From Calditrichales bacterium (lineage in GTDB: Bacteria > Calditrichota > Calditrichia > Calditrichales > J004): a stretch of DNA of 64,000 nucleotides. Made by a program: the position numbers and the translations under genes. The stretch lies in assembly GCA_965267575.1 (NCBI GenBank), contig OZ254086.1, positions 352,001 to 416,000 on the forward strand, given 5' to 3'. This document shows, piece by piece, positions 48,531 through 57,400 of this stretch (positions are counted from its first letter, which is position 1; each line of letters starts with the position of its first letter). The notes beneath the pieces were generated by a model. That model did no database searches and was not told the origin of the DNA. It was given only the letters and a program-made list of their open reading frames with translations.

Positions 48531-49641
48531 CTAATTGTTTTCGGAAAAATTGACCAGGTATTCTTCAATAAACTCATCCAGATCGCCGTCCATCACCTGC
48601 TGCACATTGCTTGTTTCCACATCCGTCCGGTGGTCCTTAACCATGTTATAAGGGTGAAAAACATAAGAACGTATCTGGCTGCCCCAGGCGATGTCTTTTT
48701 TGCTGTCTTCGATTTCCTGGGTTTTTTCGCGCTTCTCTTCCAGCTTTTTCTGGTATAAACGCGCCCCGAGTATTTTAAGCGCGCTGGCCTTGTTTTTGTG
48801 CTGCGAGCGCTCATTCTGGCACTGGACAACGATACCGGTAGGCAGGTGCGTTATGCGAATGGCCGAATCGGTTTTATTAACATGCTGCCCGCCCGCGCCG
48901 CTGGCCCGGTAGGTATCAATACGCAGATCATTGGGATTGATTTCGATATCAATATTTTCGTCTATTTCGGGAAGAACGAAGACCGAGGCAAATGACGTAT
49001 GGCGGCGCTTGTTGGAATCAAACGGTGATATGCGCACAAGGCGGTGCACACCCGCTTCTGCTTTCATGTAACCGTAGGCGTAGTTTCCTTCAACGTTGAT
49101 TGTTACGCTCTTTATGCCGGCTTCATCACCGCCCTGCAGGTCCAGAATTTCCGTTTTAAAACCGCGTCTTTCCGCGTATCGCAGGTACATACGCATCAGC
49201 ATTTCTGCCCAATCCTGGCTTTCGGTGCCGCCGGCGCCGGGGTGTATGGTTAAGATTGCATTACGCTTATCGTTCTCTCCACCCAGCATGCGCCGGAATT
49301 CCAGCGCGTTCAGTTTTTTATCAAGCTTTTGCCTGTTCTGCTGCAACTCTTTGTCAAAAGCCGGGTCATCCGATTCTTCGCTCAAGGCCAGAATGACATC
49401 TATTTCCTCAACAAGCTCATGGCATTCATTCCAGGCATCGATCCACTCTTTACGCTTATTGATCTCGTCAAAAACGTGCTGCACGTTTTTCTGATCATCA
49501 TAGAAGCCCGCTTCAGTGGTTTGCTCTTCCAGTTTTTTTACTTCTTCTTCTTTTTTGTCCAGGTCAAAGATAACCTCGTAAATCATCGAGGCGTTCTTTG
49601 TATTCAGCCAGGTCAAATGAATTTTGGATTTCTTCAGACAT
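48531..49641 (-). CDS. prfB: Peptide chain release factor 2, programmed +1 frameshift
   Basis: ATG at 49641 gives MSEEIQNSFDLAEYKERLDDLRGYL, then CTT TGA C, +1 into DLDKKEEE. SPF and GGQ motifs present. Confidence 0.97.
49563..49578 (-). other. prfB frameshift site (internal SD-like GAGG plus CTT TGA C)
   Basis: Minus strand CGAGGTTATCTTTGAC; CTTTGAC at 49563-49569. Confidence 0.93.
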
Positions 49642-49742
49642 ATATCACTCCATTTACAACTTTGGGATTTTGCAAAAGCATTAAATTTACGAGGATATTA
49701 AAGGGCAGGCAAGAAAAGGAACACGCTATAACAGGATAAAAA

Positions 49743-49770
49743 AAATCCCCCGGTAAAACCCGGGGGATTT
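49743..49770 (-). terminator. Intrinsic terminator ending the C25 module
   Basis: AAATCCCCCGG-taaaac-CCGGGGGATTT with T-run on the minus strand. Confidence 0.85.
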
Positions 49771-49779
49771 GAAATCAGA

Positions 49780-50907
49780 TCAACCTTCTTCTTCGAGAAT
49801 TTGTTTGAGCTCTTCCAGCTCTTTCTCAGCAGCTTTGCGCTCTTCTTTCAGCTTATTCAGCTCTTCCTGAATTTCTTCAGTGCGCTCGCGGTCTTCGATA
49901 ATGTCTTCAAAAAACTCTACGCGCTTATTGAACTGATTGCGTTCAATTTCGCCGGCACCGGCTTCGGCCGTAAGCGGCAATACGGTTATGTTAAAGCCCA
50001 GATGCGCTTTCCATGTGGAGTAATTGGGAATATCAACGTTTTCATAATCCGGCAGGCCAACACTCTCATCATCCGTACCGCTTACCCTGATATCGAGGCC
50101 CAGTATAAGGTCCAGCCAGGCCATCGGCTTGTATTTGATGCTGGGTGTAACATAGGTATAGTCTTCACGGGAAAATACAAACGGATCCGGTTGCTCAATA
50201 TAGCTGATTCCATAAACCTCTAGCTGGAAATCAAACAATTCTGTTGGATAAAGCAAACCCAGTGCATACTGTAATTCGGTAGAGTTCGTAGTTGCAGCGT
50301 TGCCGGTAGGCTGGAGTTCTTCGCCGGCTTCATTGTGATTCCAGAACCCAACATTAAGGTGAGCACTAAAGGAACGATCTGGCAAGTACGGATCTACGTA
50401 ATAAGATAACATACCCATAATTCCGTATTCCAAAGCACCACTTGCATAGCGTGTAAAAGGATAGTTATGGTCTTCACCCAACGGGAAGAGAACATCCACT
50501 CCAAAACCACCGTACATCTTGCGATCCATAAAAGCAAAAGAACCCAGTTTTAAACCAAGACGCAGATCATCGGGCAAGTTATATTCGTTGCGAGTATGCG
50601 TATCCTGGTAGATTCCCGGAGCTAGCGTAATATCAAAATGCTCGACAGCTCCGTAGGTCAGGGCAAAAGCACTATTTACAAGCCAGTAATTGTTGGCCTG
50701 AAAGTCAGCGGGCTTTAGAGAAGGATCCCCTACAAAATCAGACAGTTTGGTGAAGAAGTTCATGTTACCACGAATTTCAAAACGGCCCTGATCGAACGTC
50801 CTGGCTGTTTGGGTGTAGAGCAGGCTGTTGCTTCCCTGTGGCGTCTGGGCCCATAATGCAGTTGTCAGGAACAGCAGTATCAGCGTTATCTGGCTGAACC
50901 GATTCAT
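49780..50907 (-). CDS. Probable outer-membrane beta-barrel with C-terminal coiled coil (paralog B)
   Basis: Signal peptide, aromatic alternating strands, acidic heptad tail EEIQEELNKLKEERKAAEKELEELKQILEEEG. Confidence 0.72.
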   Translation of the reverse strand: MNRFSQITLILLFLTTALWAQTPQGSNSLLYTQTARTFDQGRFEIRGNMNFFTKLSDFVGDPSLKPADFQANNYWLVNSAFALTYGAVEHFDITLAPGIYQDTHTRNEYNLPDDLRLGLKLGSFAFMDRKMYGGFGVDVLFPLGEDHNYPFTRYASGALEYGIMGMLSYYVDPYLPDRSFSAHLNVGFWNHNEAGEELQPTGNAATTNSTELQYALGLLYPTELFDFQLEVYGISYIEQPDPFVFSREDYTYVTPSIKYKPMAWLDLILGLDIRVSGTDDESVGLPDYENVDIPNYSTWKAHLGFNITVLPLTAEAGAGEIERNQFNKRVEFFEDIIEDRERTEEIQEELNKLKEERKAAEKELEELKQILEEEG

Positions 50908-50959
50908 TTCATCCCTCCTAACATATGTTAAGGTCGTATCTTTATCTTCGTATTTTCTA

Positions 50960-52105
50960 TTAATCATCTTCCAGCAGCTTTTTCAGCTCTTCGATCTCTT
51001 TTTCAGCTTCCTTACGTACTTTTTTCAAATTCTCGATCTCATCCTGTACAGACTCTGCTTTTTCTCGCTCTTCTACTATCGTTTCAAACATTTCGATTTT
51101 CTTTTTTGCCTCGCGCTGTTCATAGCTTAAATCACTTGTTTTCTGCTCGGCAAGAAGGTTGAAATTAAAATCAACACCCAGTTGCACGGTCCAGTCCGTG
51201 TAGTTCATTGGAAGATCAACCCTGTCGCTGGGTTGCGGGATTCCGCTTGTATTATTTCTTTCGGCAGGTGAAACGCGGAAATCGATACCCAAATCCATAG
51301 CTACCCAATCAGCCGGCTTATAGCGGAAACTGGGCGTTAAGAAGGCCCATTCTTCAGCACTGTAAACAAACGGGTCCGGATCCTCTAAAAAAAGCATACC
51401 GGTTAGCTCCAGGCGGAAATCGAACAACCCCGTGGGATAGACAAAAGCAAGCGCCATGCGGTATTCGCTTGAATTGCGTGTAGCCTTAAGCTCATTACCG
51501 TTGGGGAAAGTATAAAGGACCGTTCCCGCTTCATTATGGTTCCACCATCCGGCATTGAAATGCGCGTTAAAACCACGATCCGGCAGATACGGATCAGAAT
51601 AGTAGGAAACAGCATACATCAATCCGTATTCAAAAGCACCACTGGCATATTTTACAAAGGGATAATTATGTTGCTCCCCAGTCGGAATTCGAAAACTGGC
51701 CATAAAGCCCTGCGAAAAGCGGTTGCGGGCAAATTTGTAAGAACCTGTTTTTAAAGTAACAAAAATATCATCCGGTACATTAAACTCGTTTTCGTAGTGC
51801 GTATCCTGGTAAAGGCGGATACCAACGGATGCGTCCAAATGCTCCATGATACCATACGTTAATATGGCGTTTCCGGCAACCACCCACCAACTGACAGCTT
51901 GAAAATTAGAAGGCGTAACGTCTCCAAGGAAATCACCTACTTTGGAGTAAAAATTCATGTTGCTGTATAAGCCGATTTTACCCGGATTATATGTATTTGC
52001 TGTCTGAGTATGTATAAGCGTCTTCTCCGCGTTTTCCAACTGTGCGAAAACCGGCCGCGAAAGGAAGGCGGTTAGTAATATTAAAACTGTAATAATCTTT
52101 TTCAT
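50960..52105 (-). CDS. Probable outer-membrane beta-barrel with C-terminal coiled coil (paralog A)
   Basis: Shares YQDTH..NE.N.PDD, HNYPF..YASGA.EYG.M, DPYLPDR.F.AH.N.G.WNHNEAG and DPFV.S.E with paralog B; heptad tail. Confidence 0.72.
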   Translation of the reverse strand: MKKIITVLILLTAFLSRPVFAQLENAEKTLIHTQTANTYNPGKIGLYSNMNFYSKVGDFLGDVTPSNFQAVSWWVVAGNAILTYGIMEHLDASVGIRLYQDTHYENEFNVPDDIFVTLKTGSYKFARNRFSQGFMASFRIPTGEQHNYPFVKYASGAFEYGLMYAVSYYSDPYLPDRGFNAHFNAGWWNHNEAGTVLYTFPNGNELKATRNSSEYRMALAFVYPTGLFDFRLELTGMLFLEDPDPFVYSAEEWAFLTPSFRYKPADWVAMDLGIDFRVSPAERNNTSGIPQPSDRVDLPMNYTDWTVQLGVDFNFNLLAEQKTSDLSYEQREAKKKIEMFETIVEEREKAESVQDEIENLKKVRKEAEKEIEELKKLLEDD

Positions 52106-52213
52106 CGACAACTCCTAACGCTCGCTTTGGTTAAACCCAAACCTGTAAGTACATGAAAGGCATAAAATTTAGTTAAAAGCCCGTTGAAAGTGAAATAAAA
52201 ATAGTTAAAACAG

Positions 52214-52702
52214 CTAGTTAACACGTGACGCAAGTACAAAAACGTTCATTATAATGGCTATATCGCGCATAATTCCCACAATGCGCGTAAATACATCCTG
52301 AATACTGCCCGCAACTATAATAGTGTCTCCCGGCTGCAACACAGGCAATACCGAATTATCTCCTGTTTTTAAGAAACTTTCAATATCGACTTTTATAACT
52401 TCCTGATTCTTACGGACAACCCGTACATCATTCAGGCGTGCCGTATTAAGCGGTCCGCCGGCCGAAGAGATCAGGTCGATCAACGTGTAGGCACTGGGGA
52501 TGCTGTAAATCCCCGGTCGCTGTACGTGTCCCCACAAGTTGACATTGACTAGAAGTATATCGCCCGATCCCAGAATATATTGAGCCGGACGGTCAGAAAA
52601 TTGTGACGGTGTTGTAGGCAAATTCTGCAAATTATCAAAATTTTGGCTAAACGCGGGTACGCTAAGCAATATAACAAAAACAAACGTATATACTTTTTTC
52701 AT
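52214..52702 (-). CDS. Small SLBB-domain (Wza-like) exported protein
   Basis: VNLWGHVQRPGIY....TLIDLISSAGG, LQPGDTIIV, C-terminal amphipathic/hydrophobic helix. Confidence 0.82.
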   Translation of the reverse strand: MKKVYTFVFVILLSVPAFSQNFDNLQNLPTTPSQFSDRPAQYILGSGDILLVNVNLWGHVQRPGIYSIPSAYTLIDLISSAGGPLNTARLNDVRVVRKNQEVIKVDIESFLKTGDNSVLPVLQPGDTIIVAGSIQDVFTRIVGIMRDIAIIMNVFVLASRVN

Positions 52703-53502
52703 CAAATGCCCCAATCTATTGTAAAAAATTGCCAATTGGACTCTGAGCCGCTATGCACTTGGTCTCCCGGCAGAAGATCAATGCGCCAGCGATACTGGAC
52801 ATCATCCTCGAAAACGTTAAACAGCGAATCGCCTTCCAGGACGTGCGTAATTTGCTGATCGCCAAAATTGCCGGTGAAAGGATCAACCACATCAAGTAAT
52901 ATTAATTCTCTAATAGTCGAACCAATCTCACGCTCGATACGCAAAATATAGCCGTTTGCCAGAGCACTTGTGGGCACACGAAAGGTAAACTCGACGCGCG
53001 GCTGTCCAGGCCTGATGGTGCCGGACGGCGTTGATGGCTCAGCTTTATCAATCAGGCTGTACCATACGGTATCTGAGGGTTCGCTTTCCGTTCCGCCCTC
53101 CGTTAATGCAGTGACATAGTAGTAATAAGGCCTGTCGGTTTCAAGGAACGGGTCCTGAAAAACCGTATCCTGGTTAAAGCGATTTGGCACATCAATTGTC
53201 GCTATGGGCACAAAGTTCACCCGGCCCTGCGGGTCTTCACTGCGATAAAGGCGAAAACGGTCGATGCGTTCATCGGGCGTGGCAAACCACATGACTTCTA
53301 TGATGTTATTGCTGGGAGTGCCCGGTACCGCGTCAATGCCTCTTTCGATTTCCTGGCGGTCTGACAAGGCCGTTTTCGGCACCATGCGCAACGGCTCGAT
53401 GGGATCGGAGGTAGCCGTACCGACTTCGCTGCATTGCAGCAAAATCAGCGATAAAAACAATCCGCCAAACAGTTTTTTAGAAATTGAATAAAAGTGAAAC
53501 AC
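52702..53502 (-). CDS. FN3-like lipoprotein
   Basis: Lipobox-like LLQCS; FRLYRS...YYYYVTA...ESEPSD FN3 pattern; YRWRID. Confidence 0.7.
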   Translation of the reverse strand: MFHFYSISKKLFGGLFLSLILLQCSEVGTATSDPIEPLRMVPKTALSDRQEIERGIDAVPGTPSNNIIEVMWFATPDERIDRFRLYRSEDPQGRVNFVPIATIDVPNRFNQDTVFQDPFLETDRPYYYYVTALTEGGTESEPSDTVWYSLIDKAEPSTPSGTIRPGQPRVEFTFRVPTSALANGYILRIEREIGSTIRELILLDVVDPFTGNFGDQQITHVLEGDSLFNVFEDDVQYRWRIDLLPGDQVHSGSESNWQFFTIDWGI

Positions 53503-54481
53503 GATGTGTATTACCTAAAACGTGACTTTGATATGCGTAATCTACTTTAAATTTCCAGATGTAAACACCCGCGCCTGTCGTAAAATCGCCCTGGTTAAGA
53601 CCTACGCGCACCGCCAAAAGCTGGTCGTATACAAACTCCGTGCCCAGATGACTGCCGCCATTGTAGCGCGAATCCAGGTCGTAGGCGAGAGCCAAGCTGC
53701 TGTTGATGCCGTTGAATGGCTGAACATAAGCAAAACCATATTTAAAATTGCGCTCGATGTCGTCTTTCTGCTTGCTGTCCGTGTCCCAGGTGATACGGGT
53801 ATTGGCGATATCCTGCACATTTAAACCAAAAGTCAGATCGCCGTAATTGTCGTTATCGAATACGTTTTTCAAAGCGATTTTAAGAATCAGCCCGATGTCT
53901 AAGCCGACGCCACTTCCGGTATTGTCCTTAAGATTCTGTTGCAGTACCTTTACATTTGCGCCATAACCAAAGTCAATCGGGAACTCAAAATATTGCCAGC
54001 CCAGATCTACAATAATCTGCTGGTATTTGGCAAAGCTGAAAATAAAGGCGTCGTTAGTGTTGCTGAAAAACCCGTTTGGGTCGCCTATCAATGGAGCCGC
54101 TCCGCCAAAAACCCTTTGTCCGGAAGTAGTGGTTTTGTCAAACACATATTCCGGTATATCATCGACGCTCATCCTGACCCAGGATGCGGCAATTGTAGCA
54201 CCGCCAAAAATGGGCATGGCCGCACTTACAAAGCTCTGCTTCGAAAGCGAATTAAACATTTCCGAATACATCGTTCCGGCCTGAAAATTACTTAGAAAAG
54301 CCAGGCCTGCCGGGTTCCAGTGGAAGCCGTAAACGTCTTCACTTAACGCCACATGGGCACTGCCCATACCGAGCGCGCGTGCGCCTACCCCCACTTCGAG
54401 GTAAGCTCCGGCGTATTTTGTCTGGGAAAAAGCAAACTGAATGCCCAGCAAAAGAATTACAACTGCTTTCAAATTTCTCAT
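53477..54481 (-). CDS. PorV/PorQ-family beta-barrel (paralog 3)
   Basis: KYAGAYLEVGVGARALGMG, FHWNPAGLAF, G.GLDIG, VDYAY...LGNTHRVSLLFNF. Confidence 0.87.
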   Translation of the reverse strand: MRNLKAVVILLLGIQFAFSQTKYAGAYLEVGVGARALGMGSAHVALSEDVYGFHWNPAGLAFLSNFQAGTMYSEMFNSLSKQSFVSAAMPIFGGATIAASWVRMSVDDIPEYVFDKTTTSGQRVFGGAAPLIGDPNGFFSNTNDAFIFSFAKYQQIIVDLGWQYFEFPIDFGYGANVKVLQQNLKDNTGSGVGLDIGLILKIALKNVFDNDNYGDLTFGLNVQDIANTRITWDTDSKQKDDIERNFKYGFAYVQPFNGINSSLALAYDLDSRYNGGSHLGTEFVYDQLLAVRVGLNQGDFTTGAGVYIWKFKVDYAYQSHVLGNTHRVSLLFNF

Positions 54482-57400
54482 CTCAATCGCGCTACTTTAA
54501 GTTTGCGGGTTATAACCTGGCCTTTGTATTTCGCCTTAAGCACCATGAAATAAACACCATTGGCAACCTGGTTGCCGTCATCGTCCGTGCCATCCCAGAC
54601 CAGTTCATGATAACCGACGTTTTTGATATCGTCATTTATGGCTGTCTCATCCAGCTCCAGCATGCGTTTTCTGATCAACCTGCCGGAGAGTGTGTAAATG
54701 CGTACGCTCAGGTCGTCGATCACGTTGTCCGCCAGCAGGTCATAAGATACGAATGTCTCATCGGCAAAGGGATTGGGATAGTTGCCGTGTACAATCAAAT
54801 CAAAATTGGCAACCACATTGAAGGTTATCGTCTGCGTAGAGGTGTTGTTACTTATATCCGATATCTCCACTTCCAGGCTGTGCTCGCCGCTGGCAAGCGT
54901 CGGCGATGTCAAAATAGAAACGGAGTTGGCATTGGTAATGCTGTCCGGAAAGGTCATTTCCGATTGCGGCACTTCGTTGCCGTCAAGCTTAAGCTTAAAC
55001 CCGGATGCCAGGTTTATGCCATTTTCATCCTGCATCAGCAGCGCCAACGCCGGTGTGGAGCGAACCAGCATACCGTCACGCAGCGGCCGTCCGTTGGCCG
55101 TAATTTCTATAACCGGGTCATCATTGTCGCGGAAACTGAACACGCCGAAGAGTCCGCTTCCGTCTACAGTTGTCGTCAGCAGCGTTCCGTTTAAGGTTGA
55201 TTCCTTTTTAACCCACAGGCCCAGGAATGAATCAAAACGGAAAAAGGAGACGGCGCTAAGCTCAAACTGCGAATATTTAGCCGTATCCAGTTGCACGGAA
55301 AGAAGCGCCGGCTGCTGAAACGACGTGACCGTGTTTTTAACTTCAATGCGCAATAAAGCGGAATCCTGCTGATTGTGTGTGCGGATATATTTCAAATCTT
55401 TTTGCTTGCTGTTGCGCAGCCTTTCCTGGGCGTCCAGCTCTTCGAAGCGAAATACGCTGCTGGCGGTAAGAGCCTGCGCGGCAAGGAAAAAGCGCCAGTC
55501 ATTATACACTACAATCGTGTCGTTTTCCGTGCCATTGGAGGATGTACCTGTCCGATAATCCACCCAGATATGACTGCCGGCCAGCGTTTTATCTACCACA
55601 TTATTATTCTCATCACGTTCCGCCAGGGTATTAAGCGGATCGATACTGACACGATATGTTTCAAAACTTTGATAATCCTGAACGATAATCGGCGCCTTTA
55701 AACTTTTCTTTTCATTGGCGGCAAAGCTCAGTGTGTCCCTGTAAAAAGGCACACCGCTGGAAATACCGCTTTGGTCATAAACATCAACGACCACGCCGGC
55801 AGCGGCAATCTCCGTATCATTGATGACATCAAAATGGAGCTGCAGCTCATCATTGCCGCCGTATGCGATTGATTCGCTGTCAACGCGCAGATCTGGCCGG
55901 TCATCGGTGATATCGATTTCCTGCAGATCGAAACGGTGCAGACCGTTGTCATCCTGGATTACAATCTCAAAATATTTTAATCCCGCGCTCGTGAATCCCG
56001 GATAATCCGCCGTTGAGCGGTACAATGTATCGCTAACCTTTTCCATGGGGACGGAGATGCCCGTGTTGCCAACGCTGTTGTAGGCGCGGAATTTATTCAG
56101 ACCCATCGACTGTATCGACTGATCGCCGGCCACGCCGATTTCAAAGGAGATGCTGTCACCTACCTGCGGCGCCGCGGGGATCGTTTTTACGGATGTGACA
56201 ATCACATTGCCGACCGAAATAGCAAGGCTGCCATTGGCGTCGTTGCCGCCATCCGAAGCGTAAGCCTTGATGTTCAGAATATTTCCATTGATAGAATCGG
56301 GCACATTAAACGAGAGCGGGGCCTGCCCGCCGTTAAACACGATATTTTCAGAGAAATATTTTCTGTTTTGCCGATCGCTTACCTCCACCTGCCCGGAAGC
56401 GCTGCTTAACGTGGACTGAAACGTCAGCTGCACGGTTTCGCCGGGCGCGGGGGCACGGTTAGAGCTTGCAATAGTGATCCGGCCCGCCGGCTTTTGCAGT
56501 TCAAGCGTGGGATCGCCCAACAAGTTATACTGATTTACCATCGAATTTTTCAGCGTAAAATAGCCGCGTGTAAAGCCGGAGCCCTCCTCCGTATAGTACA
56601 CGGGGTTCAGCAGGTAAGATATTTTCATCAGGTCCACAGCCTGCCCAAAGGTCACGTTTTCTTCCCACAAATGGTCATGAAGCCCCCACTGGATGGAAAA
56701 ATCGTTGTATTTCCAACCCACGCTGGAACTGGAGAGCACAGCGATCGCACCCTTTTCTTCCACCATCAGGACGCTCTCGGCAAGGCCTTCCTTATTGGGA
56801 TTTTCGAAAGCTCCGGTAAAGCAGGTCATGCTAGAGATGAAAGGATAGAGATTACGGTTATTCAGATTGGCTATGTCACTCAGGATAAAGAGCTGCTCAT
56901 CGGCCCAGACGGCGCCGCCACCGTGCCCGAAAAAGTTAATGAAAGTAACCCCTTCATCGATATAGTCAATCAATTCGCGCGTACTGCCAAAATCGGGGTC
57001 ATTTTCCAAATCGGGGTTTCTTTGCGTATTAAGCTTATAGGCAAAAACGCTTTCCGGCAGCTTCAAATTTATCAGACGCAGGTTTTGTGCGCGGAATACA
57101 GGCTCATTGGTAAAATCTTCAAGGTCCCCGGAACCTGCGTCAAAACCACTGATGAACAAGCTGGAGTTGCGCCAGGCATTTGCCGGCACGTTGCCGTTCT
57201 GATAGCTTTCCACCTTGTCCAGATAATGGCCAAGCTCCACGCTGCCGGAGGCCGGAATCCGTCCCACGACGATATCCGGAATCAGGTCATCACCGGAAAG
57301 CAGGGCGTATTGCAGGTCACTGGGCGCCGCACCGTATGTATCCGTCGTGAACATAATTGAAGGCACAATATCGTTGCTGCCCTGTATGCGTCCTTTATAA

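Noticed and set aside
48531-49641. prfB as a frameshifted pseudogene or sequencing error
   Set aside because: The break is exactly the conserved CTT TGA C programmed frameshift.
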